This document shows positions 27,432 to 41,854 of a stretch of 64,000 bases of DNA, one piece after another. The position numbers were made by a program, and so were the translations under genes. The DNA is from Mycobacteriales bacterium (GTDB lineage: Bacteria > Actinomycetota > Actinomycetes > Mycobacteriales > SCTD01): assembly GCA_030447385.1 (NCBI GenBank), contig JAUJOY010000002.1, positions 99,392 to 163,391 on the forward strand, in the 5' to 3' direction. The first letter of the stretch is position 1. The number at the start of each line of letters is the position of its first letter. The notes below the pieces were generated by a model that saw only the letters and a list, made by a program, of their open reading frames with translations, did not search any database and had not been told where the DNA came from.

Positions 27432-28241
27432 CTAGGGAAGCCGAACGCTGAGCAGGGTGACGTCGTCGTTCTTCAGGCGGCCGCTGGCCCGCTCGCCCGC
27501 GATCCACTCGGCGAAGCCCTGCTGGGAGAGCCCGTCGGTGAGTGCACGCCAGAGCAGCCACGGCTGGGTGCCCTGCTCGTCCTGCGTCAGGAACCAGGCA
27601 GCCAGGGCGTCGGTGCACAGGAAGAACTGGTCACCGCTGAGGAAGGTGCCGGAGGCGTACGCGCGGTGCTTGTCGAGCAGGCGCCGGCTGCGCAGCCCCG
27701 TGTGGACCAGTGCGGGGGAGCTGTCGAACTGTGCGGCGTGCGAGAGCGGGAACGCCTGCTTCATGCCGTTGTCAGTCACGTGGAACAGGCAGCTGTCGCC
27801 GACTGCCTCCGCCGTCCACGTGCCGGAGAAGCCCGACGGGTCCAGCCGGAACTCCGCGACCAACAGCGTCGCGTGCGCCCCGCGGTCGAGCCCGGGCTCC
27901 TCGTACCAGGCGATCGGCTTGTCGGCCTTCTCGCGCTCTGCCTTGTAGTCTCCGACGATCTGCGGCCAGGCGGCCTGGGCCCGCCGGACGCACCTGCGCA
28001 GCTGGGGCTGGGCCATGGACGTGTAGGTGTGCACGAGCGCCGAAGCCCAGTGCCCGGACAGCATGCTCTCCGTCGCCCCGTCGGCGACGGCTACCCGCAG
28101 CCGCCGTCCCTCGGAGGTCAGCGACCAGAAGCCCTCGGTTCCGGGGTCGCTGATGGAGAAGGCGTCTTCGTACTCGCGCGACTCGGAGCCGTTCTTCTGG
28201 CACCAGTACGCGTGCGCATCCCCTCGCATGGGCTTCGCCAC
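27432..28241 (-). CDS. PP2C-like protein phosphatase
   Basis: EYEDA, AVADGA, VGDS, CTDAL, NDDVT. Confidence 0.85.
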   Translation of the reverse strand: MAKPMRGDAHAYWCQKNGSESREYEDAFSISDPGTEGFWSLTSEGRRLRVAVADGATESMLSGHWASALVHTYTSMAQPQLRRCVRRAQAAWPQIVGDYKAEREKADKPIAWYEEPGLDRGAHATLLVAEFRLDPSGFSGTWTAEAVGDSCLFHVTDNGMKQAFPLSHAAQFDSSPALVHTGLRSRRLLDKHRAYASGTFLSGDQFFLCTDALAAWFLTQDEQGTQPWLLWRALTDGLSQQGFAEWIAGERASGRLKNDDVTLLSVRLP

Positions 28242-28247
28242 CCGGTC

Positions 28248-29084
28248 TCAGCGAAGGTCGGAGGCGCGGGTGCCGATGTCGAGGAACTGCACGATCGAGC
28301 TCACGTCGGCGTTGTAGACGAAGCCCCGGGTGCCCTCGCCCGTGGACAGGCCCTGGGCCCTGGCGTAGTTCTTCATGTGCTCGGGCAGGGGTGAGGAGAT
28401 CCCGAACAGCATCTTGGAGAAGCTGTCGGGCAGCTGGGTGTCGTTGTCCGGGAACGTCGCGGGAGTGCCTCCCGCGCCTGAGACGTGCAGGTTGAACAGC
28501 AGCGCGTTGCCGTCGGTCGAGAGCAGCGACATGATGCCGCGGGTCACCTCGGTCGGGTCACCGTCCGTGCTCTCCCCGTCGGTGAGGTGGAGCACGACCG
28601 GGGGGAAGCTCGAGGGGTGCTGCTCGACCCACTGCTCGACGAGGTGCCGGGCCTTGCTCAGCGCCTGGTTCATCGGGGTCCCGCCGTCCGACACCGGGTC
28701 GAGCCAGACGGGGAACTTCACAGTCTGCTCGACGAGGCCACCGGCGCCGTCGGGGGTCTTCTTCGTGCGCTCCTCGAGGCGAGCGGGCGAGCTGGCGATC
28801 TCGCTGAGCGGAACCATGTCGCGCCCTGCCAGGGGACCGGCGAACGCGCTGCCCACGGTTGCCCCGTAGCCGATCACCGCGACGTGGAAGTAGTCGCGGA
28901 CGCCTTCCTCCTTGGCGCACTTGAGGGTCAGCTCGTAGAGGAGCCGGTTCATCGCGTCGGAGACGACCTGCGACTTGCGCTGGACGAACTCACCGCCGAT
29001 CTGGTCCTCCATGCTCGTGGACTGGTCCACCACGAACACGAAGCACGCTGGGTTGGCTCTGCTGATCTCTGCGGTGTACGGCAC
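28248..29084 (-). CDS. vWA-domain protein (TerY-like)
   Basis: MIDAS motif DQSTSM, GGTPM, LTDGESTDGDP. Confidence 0.88.
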   Translation of the reverse strand: MPYTAEISRANPACFVFVVDQSTSMEDQIGGEFVQRKSQVVSDAMNRLLYELTLKCAKEEGVRDYFHVAVIGYGATVGSAFAGPLAGRDMVPLSEIASSPARLEERTKKTPDGAGGLVEQTVKFPVWLDPVSDGGTPMNQALSKARHLVEQWVEQHPSSFPPVVLHLTDGESTDGDPTEVTRGIMSLLSTDGNALLFNLHVSGAGGTPATFPDNDTQLPDSFSKMLFGISSPLPEHMKNYARAQGLSTGEGTRGFVYNADVSSIVQFLDIGTRASDLR

Positions 29085-29309
29085 AGGGTCCTTCTCCCGG
29101 GGTGGCTGGCGAACGTGGGCACGTCGGTGCGGGGGCGGTTCTGCGCTGGTGCGAACCTTGACAGGATCCGCCCGGATCGTCCACCGGTGGCGCAGCCTGC
29201 GGTGACCCCGAGTTCTACCGCGGGTCGAGGGTTACCGGCAGGTACGGGCGCTGCTGCCGGGGCGGATCCGCCACCTGCTCGAGGGAGCTGACCTGCCGCT
29301 TGTGCGATG

Positions 29310-29324
29310 TACCCTAGTGGGGTA
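29310..29324. promoter_or_regulatory. CsoR-type operator TACCC-N5-GGGTA
   Basis: Inverted repeat about 40 bp upstream of csoR, overlapping a TATAGT -10-like hexamer. Confidence 0.75.
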
Positions 29325-29363
29325 TAGTTCCTGGTAGAGCCGATCAGCGGAGAGGCGGAGCGC

Positions 29364-29645
29364 ATGCCAGGTTATGCGAGCAACAAGGACGACCAGCTCA
29401 AGCGGCTGCGTCGCGTGGAGGGGCAGGTCCGGGGCATCGCCAAGATGGTGGAGGACGACAAGTACTGCATCGACGTGCTGACCCAGGTCTCGGCGGCCAC
29501 CAAGGCGCTGCAGTCCTTCGCCCTGGGGCTGCTCGACGAGCACATGGCGCACTGCGTCGTCGACGCCGCGCGCGCCGGCGGCCCCGAGCAGGACCTCAAG
29601 CTGAAGGAGGCGTCCGAGGCGATCGCCCGCCTCGTGCGCAGCTAG
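29364..29645 (+). CDS. csoR: Copper-sensing repressor CsoR
   Basis: RLRRVEGQVRGI, YCIDVL.Q, HMAHCV. Confidence 0.92.
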   Translation: MPGYASNKDDQLKRLRRVEGQVRGIAKMVEDDKYCIDVLTQVSAATKALQSFALGLLDEHMAHCVVDAARAGGPEQDLKLKEASEAIARLVRS

Positions 29646-29713
29646 TACCGAGCCACCCCCGAGCACCACCTTCCAGACCGGCACCGTCGAGAGCCCACAC
29701 GAGGAGTTCTTCC

Positions 29714-29941
29714 ATGAGCACCGCCACCTACAACGTCGTCGGCATGACCTGCGGCCACTGCGTCGCCTCCGTGAAAGAGGAGGTCACGGCGCTTCCGGGC
29801 GTCGCCGACGTCCAGGTCGAGCTCGAGAGCGGGCAGCTGACGGTCACCGGCGACGCCGCTTCCGACGCCGACGCCGTGCGCAGGGCGGTCGAGGACGCTG
29901 GCTACCTGCTCATGCCCGACGACGACTCCCCGCCGGCGTAG
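29714..29941 (+). CDS. copZ: Copper chaperone CopZ
   Basis: GMTCGHC HMA motif, EDAGY. Confidence 0.9.
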   Translation: MSTATYNVVGMTCGHCVASVKEEVTALPGVADVQVELESGQLTVTGDAASDADAVRRAVEDAGYLLMPDDDSPPA

Positions 29942-29998
29942 CCGCAGTTCGCCTCGTCACTGCGGACGCCCACCCCCTTTCCTGCACGAGGAGCAGTC

Positions 29999-30927
29999 AT
30001 GAGCACACCTACCCGGCTCGCGGCCTTTGCCGCCGGGCTGGCAGTCACCTTCGTCGCGGCCGTCGGCGTCGGAAACGCGGTCGGCCCGGTGGGCGCCGCC
30101 GCCGAAGCCGTGCACGGCGGCGGGCACACGGGGGCAGCCCCGCAGGCGCACGGTGGCGAGCACGCCGCGGCGGGGAGCGCAGCGGCTCCCGCGGCCGGTG
30201 CGGCCCCCGTTCCCGGGCTCGCGGTGTCCGCCGAGGGCTACACGCTGCGCCTGGCGTCGGGGACGCATCCGCTGGCCACGCCCGCCCCCTTCGCCTTCTC
30301 CGTGCTGGGCCCCGCCGGACGGCCGGTCACCGCCTACACGCCGACCCACGACAAGGACCTGCACCTGATCGTCGTGCGCCGCGACACCACCGGCTTCCAG
30401 CACCTGCACCCCGAGCGGGACGCCGACGGCGGGTGGACGACCCCGCTCCTGCTCGACCGGGCGGGGACCTACAAGGTCTTCGTCGACTTCGCTCCTGACC
30501 GGCGCACGGACGCCGTGACGCTGGCCGCGGACGTGTCCGTGCCGGGGACCTACGAGCCCGAACCGCTGCCGGCTGTCTCGCCTGCCGCGTCGGTCGAGGA
30601 CTACGTGGTCACGCTGACCGGCGACCTGGTCGCCGGCCGGGAGAGCGCGCTGACGCTGTCGGTCACGCGCGGCGGCCGCCCGGTCGACGACCTGCAGCCC
30701 TACCTCGCGGCCTACGGGCATCTCGTCGCGCTGCGGGTGGGGGACCTCGCCTACCTGCACGTCCATCCCGAGGGCGAGCCGGGGAACGGGCGCACGCCTG
30801 CCGGACCCGACATCCCATTCGTCGTGGACGTGCCCACCGCCGGTGACTACCGGCTCTACCTGAACTTCCAGCACGAGGGTTCGGTCCGCACCGCGGAGTT
30901 CACAGCTGTGGCACAGGAGGAGACATC

Positions 30928-30931
<4 letters not shown>
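29999..30931 (+). CDS. Secreted His-rich heavy-metal-associated protein
   Basis: Signal peptide; [25 protein letters not shown]; located inside the cop operon. Confidence 0.75.
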
Positions 30932-33309
<2,378 letters not shown>

Positions 33310-33327
33310 GCCGATGATCGTGGCCTC

Positions 33328-35631
33328 ATGACCGCCACCGCAGGACCTGGCCGCACCCGCGTGCGCGTTTGCGTGTCGGGGCTGGTCCAGGGGGTGGGGT
33401 TCCGGCCCTTCGTCTGGCGTGAGGCGACGGCGCGCGGGCTGGCGGGCTGGGTGGGCAACAACGCCTCCGGCGTGATCCTCGAGGTGGAGGGGACGGCTGA
33501 GCAGGTGGACGGGCTGCTCGCCGCCCTGCACCGCCCCCCGCCGCTGGCGCGGGTCGACGAGGTCCGCAGCGAGCCGCTCCCGGCGACGGGAGAGCATGGC
33601 TTCGAGGTCCGCATCAGCGCCACGGCCGGCGCCCGCCGGGCCCTCGTCTCCGCGGACACCGCCACCTGCGACGAGTGCATCCGCGAGCTGCACGACCCGC
33701 TGGACCGGCGCTTCCGCTACCCGTTCATCAACTGCACCTCCTGCGGCCCGCGCTACACGATCGTGCAGTCGGTGCCGTACGACCGCTCGCGCACGACGAT
33801 GGCGCCCTTCCAGCTGTGCGGCGCCTGCCAGGCGGAGTACGACGACCCGGCCGACCGCCGGTTCCACGCCGAGCCCGTGTGCTGTCCCGCCTGCGGTCCG
33901 CGCCTGCGCCTCGTCGAGCGGCCGGGGCAGAACCCGGCCGGGGAGGCCGACCCGATCGAGCGCTGCGTGGAGCTGCTGCGCACAGGCGCGATCGTCGGCG
34001 TCAAGGGGCTGGGGGGATACCACCTCGCCGTGGACGCAGGAGACGAACAGGCCGTCGCTGCCCTGCGGGGGCGAAAGCACCGCGAGGACCGGCCCTTCGC
34101 ACTCATGGTGGCCGGCCTGGATGCGGCTCGCGAGCTCTGCGAGGTGGGACCGAAGGAGCAGGAGCTGCTGCTCAGCCCGGCTCGCCCCATCGTCGTCCTG
34201 ACCCGCCGGACGGGGGACCTGGTCGCGCCGTCCGTGGCTCCCGGGTCGTCGTCGCTCGGCGTGATGCTCCCGTACACGCCTCTGCACCTGCTGCTGCTCG
34301 AGTCCTTCGGCGGCCCGCTGGTGCTGACCAGCGGCAACCGGTCCGACGAGCCCATCGCCTTCCAGGACGACGATGCTGCCGGACGCCTGTCCGGCATCGC
34401 GGACGCCTTCCTCGTGCACGACCGGGCGATCCACACCAGGGTGGACGACTCAGTGAGCAAGGTCGTCCGGGGCCGGGTCGTTCCGCTGCGCCGCTCACGC
34501 GGCTACGTGCCGCGTCCGGTGCTCCTCCCGCAGGAGGCGCCGGCACCGGTCCTCGCCTGCGGGTCGGCCCTGAAGAACACCTTCTGCCTCGGGCGCGGCC
34601 GGCACGCGTTCCTGTCCCACCATGTGGGCGACCTCGACGAGTTCTCCACCCTGCAGTCCTACCGCGCGGGGATCTCCCACCTGACCCGGTTGCTCGACGT
34701 CGACCCGAAGGTGCTCGCGCACGACCTGCATCCGGACTACCCCTCCACCCGGTACGCCATGGACCGCGCCGAGGGGGACGGCGAGATCGAGCTGGTTGGC
34801 GTGCAGCACCACCACGCCCACATCGCCTCGTGCCTGGCCGACAACGGCGTCGTGGGGCCGGTGATCGGGGTCGCCTTCGACGGCCTGGGCCTCGGCACGG
34901 ACGGCACCGCCTGGGGCGGGGAGTTCCTGCTCGCCGACCTGACCGGCTTCTCCCGGGCAGCGGCGCTCGGCGACGTGGTGATGCCCGGGGGTGACGCGGC
35001 GGCCAGGCAGCCGTGGCGCATGGCGGCTGCGCACCTCGACGCCGCCTACGGGGGGGAGATCCCCGCGGGTCTGGGCGTCGCCCAGCGGCAGGGCCGCAGG
35101 TGGGAGCAGGTGCTGTCGGTCGCGAGGTCGGGCGTGAACGCCCCGCTCACCTCCAGCGCCGGCCGGCTGTTCGACGCCGTCTCCGCCCTGCTCGGCCTGC
35201 GCGACGTCGTCACCTACGAGGGCCAGGCCCCCATCGAGCTCGAGCAGGCAGCCGATCCCGCGGAGACCGGCAGCTATGCGGTGCCCGTCACCGGCGGGAC
35301 TCCCGCGCGGGTGGAGGTGGGGGCCCTCGTCCGCGCGGTCGTGGAGGACCAGGCCGCAGGCACCGGCGTCCCGGTCCTGGCGGCCCGCTTCCACAACACG
35401 CTCGCCGACACCGTCCTGGACGTCTGCGCGCGGCTGCGCGAGAGCTCGGGGCTCTCGACGGTCGCCCTGTCGGGCGGTGTCTTCCAGAACTCCCTTCTGC
35501 TCACGCGCTGCCTCGAGCGGCTGGAGGGCAGCGGCTTCCAGGTGCTGACCCATCGCGAGGTGCCGCCCAACGACGGCGGCGTCAGCCTGGGCCAGGCCGC
35601 CGTCGCCGCGGCGCTGCTGCACAGGCGCTGA
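33328..35631 (+). CDS. hypF: Carbamoyltransferase HypF
   Basis: VQGVGFRPFV, two Zn fingers (CDEC..CTSC, CGAC..CPAC), KGLGGYH, QHHHAH, PNDGG. Confidence 0.97.
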   Translation: MTATAGPGRTRVRVCVSGLVQGVGFRPFVWREATARGLAGWVGNNASGVILEVEGTAEQVDGLLAALHRPPPLARVDEVRSEPLPATGEHGFEVRISATAGARRALVSADTATCDECIRELHDPLDRRFRYPFINCTSCGPRYTIVQSVPYDRSRTTMAPFQLCGACQAEYDDPADRRFHAEPVCCPACGPRLRLVERPGQNPAGEADPIERCVELLRTGAIVGVKGLGGYHLAVDAGDEQAVAALRGRKHREDRPFALMVAGLDAARELCEVGPKEQELLLSPARPIVVLTRRTGDLVAPSVAPGSSSLGVMLPYTPLHLLLLESFGGPLVLTSGNRSDEPIAFQDDDAAGRLSGIADAFLVHDRAIHTRVDDSVSKVVRGRVVPLRRSRGYVPRPVLLPQEAPAPVLACGSALKNTFCLGRGRHAFLSHHVGDLDEFSTLQSYRAGISHLTRLLDVDPKVLAHDLHPDYPSTRYAMDRAEGDGEIELVGVQHHHAHIASCLADNGVVGPVIGVAFDGLGLGTDGTAWGGEFLLADLTGFSRAAALGDVVMPGGDAAARQPWRMAAAHLDAAYGGEIPAGLGVAQRQGRRWEQVLSVARSGVNAPLTSSAGRLFDAVSALLGLRDVVTYEGQAPIELEQAADPAETGSYAVPVTGGTPARVEVGALVRAVVEDQAAGTGVPVLAARFHNTLADTVLDVCARLRESSGLSTVALSGGVFQNSLLLTRCLERLEGSGFQVLTHREVPPNDGGVSLGQAAVAAALLHRR

Positions 35632-35640
35632 CGGACCTGG

Positions 35641-36084
35641 TCAGGCTCGAGCGACCAGCTTGCGGGTCGTCGGCGTGCTGGACTGCGGGTTGTGGAAGTC
35701 CGAGCACGACGCCACGGACGTGGCAGTGGCAGTGGCCCGGTAGACCCCCGCCGCCGGCAGCCGCTCGGCCACCGTGAAGGTGAAGCGGCGACCTGGCTTC
35801 GCGCCGGGAGCGCAGGTCGCCAGGGCCGAGGACGCGGTGCGGTAGCCGTCGCCCGCAACCTCGACGGTGACGCCGGTGATGATGCCGTCGGGGTCGCGGG
35901 CGGTGACCTCGAACGTGTAGACCTTCTCGCCGCCCGGCGCGGTCGTCGGTCCGGACAGCTTGCTGATCTTCACCTTGGGCAGCGTCGAGTTGTCGGCCCC
36001 CAGAGCGGGCAGCGGCGTTACCGCCACGGTCACCGCCGCCAGCACACCGGTCGCCAGCACTGCTGCTCTTGTCTTCAGAACCAT
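35641..36084 (-). CDS. Secreted hypothetical protein
   Basis: Signal-peptide-like N-terminus, beta-rich body, two Cys. Confidence 0.6.
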   Translation of the reverse strand: MVLKTRAAVLATGVLAAVTVAVTPLPALGADNSTLPKVKISKLSGPTTAPGGEKVYTFEVTARDPDGIITGVTVEVAGDGYRTASSALATCAPGAKPGRRFTFTVAERLPAAGVYRATATATSVASCSDFHNPQSSTPTTRKLVARA

Positions 36085-36208
36085 GATCGAGAACCCCCGT
36101 GTTAGATGTCGCCGCCGGTCGCCGGCGGTCGGGCTCTTGGACGGGCGACGCAGCGCAACGGTTGCGTGGCGACACGGTTTCTCTCCGAGGCCGCGGAGCG
36201 ACTGGCTC

Positions 36209-36415
36209 TCACACCAGGCGCACCTTCTCCTTCCCCACCGCGACGACGTCCCCCCGCCGCAGCTGCCGCCCCCGTCGGCTCTCTGGTCGCCCGCCGACGG
36301 TCACCACCCCCGACGCGAGCAGCGGGCGTACGTCCGAGCCGAGGGCCACGAAGTCGGCCAGCTTCAGCAGCTGGCCGAGTCGGATGCCCTCCTCGCGTAC
36401 CTCGATCTCCCGCAC
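36209..36415 (-). CDS. S4-domain RNA-binding protein (YaaA-like)
   Basis: IRLGQLLKLA...E.RRGRQL..GDVV. Confidence 0.85.
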   Translation of the reverse strand: MREIEVREEGIRLGQLLKLADFVALGSDVRPLLASGVVTVGGRPESRRGRQLRRGDVVAVGKEKVRLV

Positions 36416-36489
36416 GGCTCCATGCTGCCCGGAGGGTGGGAGGTGCCGCTGTGCGGGTCGTGCCGGTGCGGAAGGCGTAGGGTCCGAGG

Positions 36490-38396
<1,907 letters not shown>

Positions 38397-38537
38397 GCGG
38401 GGCCCGGGCCGCGGGCAGGAGGTTGTGCACGAACTCGATTTGTCCGGTTCCAGCACGTGCTGATCCGGGCATAACGTCTGCGTAGCCCCGCTGACCCTGG
38501 ACCGCTGCACACCGCCGAGACCGCTGGAAGGTGTCGC

Positions 38538-39284
38538 GTGCTGCTCAGGCAGGAGCTCGAGGACGGCGTCCACCGCGTGGCCGTGGGCGGGACGCTTAGC
38601 GCCGCGGACGCCGATCTGCTGGTGGCGCAGGTGCAGGCGGCTCTGGCGCTGGAGCCACGGGGTGTCGTGGTCGACCTGACCCAGGCCACGGACGTCGCCG
38701 ACGGCGCGTTTCGCGAGCTGAGGCGCCTGTCGAAGCAGCCCTCGGGGTGGCCGCGGGCCGCCGTCACGTTCTGCGCCCGCCAGCCTGCGGTGGTTGCCGG
38801 GCTGACGGGCCTGAGCGTGCACCCCAACCGTACGGACGCTGTCCGCCACATCGACGACAGGTCCGACGCGCCCCGGGAGCGCGTCTGCCTCCAGCACACG
38901 CTGGACTCGCCGGCCCAGGCCCGCGCCGCCGTCGCCACCTTCACCGAGCGGCTCGGCCTGCAGGAGATCGTCGACGACCTCACGCTGGTGGTCAGCGAGA
39001 TGGTCACCAACGCCGTCCGCTACGCCGCTCCGCCGGTGGTCATCGAGATGCAGGCCGATCCGGACGCCGTCCTCGTGGCCGTGGAGGACGGCAGCCCCGA
39101 GCGCCCGCGCGCTCGTGCCGCCGGTCCCGATGCCGAGGGCGGGCGGGGGCTGATGCTGGTCGACCTGCTGGCCGCGGAGCACGGTGTGCGCCCGGGACCA
39201 CCGGGCAAGACCGTGTGGGCGCTGCTGCAGCGGCGTCCGGGCACCTTCCGCGAGGGGGTGACCCCCCGGCACTACCGGACGTGA
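38538..39284 (+). CDS. STAS-like + HATPase (RsbW-type anti-sigma) fusion
   Basis: VVVDLTQATDV (STAS-like); VSEMVTNAVRY, VED, GGRGL, GKTVW. Confidence 0.75.
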   Translation: MLLRQELEDGVHRVAVGGTLSAADADLLVAQVQAALALEPRGVVVDLTQATDVADGAFRELRRLSKQPSGWPRAAVTFCARQPAVVAGLTGLSVHPNRTDAVRHIDDRSDAPRERVCLQHTLDSPAQARAAVATFTERLGLQEIVDDLTLVVSEMVTNAVRYAAPPVVIEMQADPDAVLVAVEDGSPERPRARAAGPDAEGGRGLMLVDLLAAEHGVRPGPPGKTVWALLQRRPGTFREGVTPRHYRT

Positions 39285-40267
39285 CCGAGCGTCCCGTCGC
39301 CGGACCGGCCGTCGTCGGAGTGGGCCGGGGTCGGGACGCGCGGGCCGGTGCTTTGCGGGAGCACGGGGAACGCCGCGGACTGCAGTGGGGCGGGACGTGT
39401 CCCGGCTGGGCTCAGGTCCCCGGGGGAGGTGGCTGTCCCCGACGACTCGACCCGCCGCAGCGGCGGTGGCGGAAGCGCCGGCGGCCGGCCGGTCAGCACA
39501 GGGACGACCCCGGGCGCGGCAGGGGCGAGTGTCCCCCGCAGCTGCTCGGTGAGCTCGCGGCCCTGCGCGAGCACCCCCTGCAGGGAGCCCTGATCGCTGG
39601 CAAGGATGAGGACCTCGTTGCTGTACTGCAGCAGCATCATCGCCTCGGCGGCAGTGGCGGGGTTGCCCTCGGACGCGGCGATCATCTCGACCACCCCGTC
39701 GTGCAGGACCTCGGCCGCCTGCCGCAGCTCGTCCGACGGTGCACCCTCGAGCACCAGCCTGCTCAACTCGTAGCTCGCCTCGGCCGCTCCACTCGAGGTG
39801 GCCAGGGGAGGTGGTGGGACGACCCGCTCGGGCACCACGCCCGCGGCGAAGCCCAGCAGGGCCGCAGCCGCGACGAGGAGCGGTCCGGTCGGGATCAGCC
39901 GCCGGCGCCGACGTCGGCGTCCCCGGTGCAGGGGCACGACCGAGGTGGAGGTGCCCGGCTTGGGCTCTTCCGACTCCTGCGCGGCCTCCGCCCGCGCCAT
40001 GGCGTCCAGGTGCCCCAACGCGCGGCCCTCGAAGCCCTCCAGCGCGGACAGGTCCCCCTCGATCAGCTCCTGCGCGAGGGGGGCGGCGTCCTCGTCCAGC
40101 GCTGCCGCGGCCAGGCTCAGGTCTGCTTGCAGCGCCGTGCGCAGGCTGTCGATCTCGCCGAGCAGCGCGCTCAGGTCGCCCAGTCGCGGCGGGGGCTCGG
40201 CCCGGTGCAGCCCCAGGCGGGCGAACCCCGGACGCGCGGCGAGGGGTGCGTCGTCGTCGTGCTCCAC
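39272..40267 (-). CDS. Hypothetical membrane protein
   Basis: GTG at 40267 after GGAGG; Arg cluster plus TM segment; Pro-rich tail. Confidence 0.55.
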   Translation of the reverse strand: MEHDDDAPLAARPGFARLGLHRAEPPPRLGDLSALLGEIDSLRTALQADLSLAAAALDEDAAPLAQELIEGDLSALEGFEGRALGHLDAMARAEAAQESEEPKPGTSTSVVPLHRGRRRRRRRLIPTGPLLVAAAALLGFAAGVVPERVVPPPPLATSSGAAEASYELSRLVLEGAPSDELRQAAEVLHDGVVEMIAASEGNPATAAEAMMLLQYSNEVLILASDQGSLQGVLAQGRELTEQLRGTLAPAAPGVVPVLTGRPPALPPPPLRRVESSGTATSPGDLSPAGTRPAPLQSAAFPVLPQSTGPRVPTPAHSDDGRSGDGTLGHVR

Positions 40268-40425
40268 GAGCCCCCCTCCTCCCCTGTTGAGGAGTCCTTC
40301 TCCACCAGTTAGGGAGTCCTTCGCCGCGGTGCGCCCGACTCCTGCCGCAAGAGAGTTGTCGTTCGTCACACTGCCGCACTCGAGGCAGGCCCTCTGCCAG
40401 GCCCTCTGGCAGGGCCCCTGTCAGG

Positions 40426-41118
40426 ATGCGGGACGTGAGCACCGATGCGGCCGTACCGCCTGTGGCGCCGGATGTCGCCGGGCTGGTCATCAGCGTGCTC
40501 GGCGGCACCGGTGAGCAGGGGCGGGGGCTCGCCCGCCGCCTGGCACTGACCGGGCTGCGGGTCGTCCTCGGCTCGCGGGACGCGGCCCGGGCCGCGGCTG
40601 CGGCCGACGGGCTGCCCGGGGCGGTGTCCGGGGTCGACAACCTCACCGCCGCGCGCCTCGGTGACGTGGTCGTGGTGGCCGTGCCGTGGGACGGTCACCG
40701 GGAGCTGCTGGTCTCGCTCGCGGACGCGCTGGCCGGGAAGATCGTCCTGGACTGCGTGAACCCCCTCGGCTTCGACCGGCAGGGGGCCTTCGCGCTGGAC
40801 GTGGATGAGGGCAGCGCGGCGCAGCAGGCACAGGCTCTCCTGCCCACGAGCCGGGTGGTGGCGGCCTTCCACCACGTCAGTGCCGTCCTGCTCCTCGACG
40901 AGGCGGTCGACGAGGTCACGACCGACGTGCTGGTGCTCGGGGACGACCGGACCGCGACCGACCTGGTGCAGGCCCTGGCCGACCGGATCCCCGGCATGCG
41001 CGGCGTCTACGGCGGGCGGCTGCGCAACGCCCGTCAGGTGGAGGCGCTCACCGCCAACCTGATCTCGGTCAACCGCCGCTACCGCACGCATGCGGGCCTT
41101 CGTGTCACCGGCGTGTGA
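40426..41118 (+). CDS. npdG: NADPH-dependent F420 reductase
   Basis: GGTGEQGRGLA, GSR, AVPW, DCVNPLGFD, VEALTANLI. Confidence 0.9.
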   Translation: MRDVSTDAAVPPVAPDVAGLVISVLGGTGEQGRGLARRLALTGLRVVLGSRDAARAAAAADGLPGAVSGVDNLTAARLGDVVVVAVPWDGHRELLVSLADALAGKIVLDCVNPLGFDRQGAFALDVDEGSAAQQAQALLPTSRVVAAFHHVSAVLLLDEAVDEVTTDVLVLGDDRTATDLVQALADRIPGMRGVYGGRLRNARQVEALTANLISVNRRYRTHAGLRVTGV

Positions 41119-41854
41119 CGACCTGGACCGGGAGGTCGCGGTCCCACCGGAGGTTCGCCGGGTCGTCTCCCTCGTCCCGTCGCTGACCGAGGCCGTGGCC
41201 GTGACCGCTCCAGGCCTCCTGGTGGGCGCCACCGACTGGTGCACGCATCCGGCCGACCTGTCGGTGGTCCGCGTCGGCGGGACCAAGAACCCCCGCGTAC
41301 AGGCGGTTCTGGAGCTGCAGCCGGACCTCGTCGTCGCCAACGACGAGGAGAACCGGCAGGCCGATCTCGACCTGCTCGCACAGGCGGGTGTGGCGCTGTG
41401 GGTCACGGCGCCGCGGAGTGTCCTGGGCGCGGTGAGCTCGCTGGAGCGGATGCTGGGGGCCTGCGGCCTGTCCCGCCCGTCCTGGCTGGCGCAGGCGGCG
41501 CAGATCTGGCAGGAGCCGCCGCCGCCGGAGCGCCGCACCGCCGTCGTCCCGATCTGGCGGCGCCCCTGGATGGCGGTGGGCCGGGACACCTTCACCGGTG
41601 ACGTCTTGCGCCGGCTCGGGATCGACAACGTCCTCGAGACCTCCCCGGAGCGCTATCCCAGGATCGAGCTGCCGGCGTTGCCGCCCCACGAGCTGGTCGT
41701 CCTGCCCGACGAGCCCTACCCCTTCGCCCCCGGCGACGGACCGGAGGCCTTCCCGGGAGTGCCGACGGCCCTGGTCAGCGGCCGCCACCTCACGTGGTAC
41801 GGGCCCTCGCTCCTCGCGGCGCGGCCCCTGCTGCTGCGCCAGCTGGATGTCTGA
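41090..41854 (+). CDS. Helical-backbone metal receptor (BtuF-like)
   Basis: RVVSLVPSLTE, GGTKNP, PDLVVANDEEN, LPDEPY, WYGP. Confidence 0.85.
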   Translation: MRAFVSPACDDLDREVAVPPEVRRVVSLVPSLTEAVAVTAPGLLVGATDWCTHPADLSVVRVGGTKNPRVQAVLELQPDLVVANDEENRQADLDLLAQAGVALWVTAPRSVLGAVSSLERMLGACGLSRPSWLAQAAQIWQEPPPPERRTAVVPIWRRPWMAVGRDTFTGDVLRRLGIDNVLETSPERYPRIELPALPPHELVVLPDEPYPFAPGDGPEAFPGVPTALVSGRHLTWYGPSLLAARPLLLRQLDV

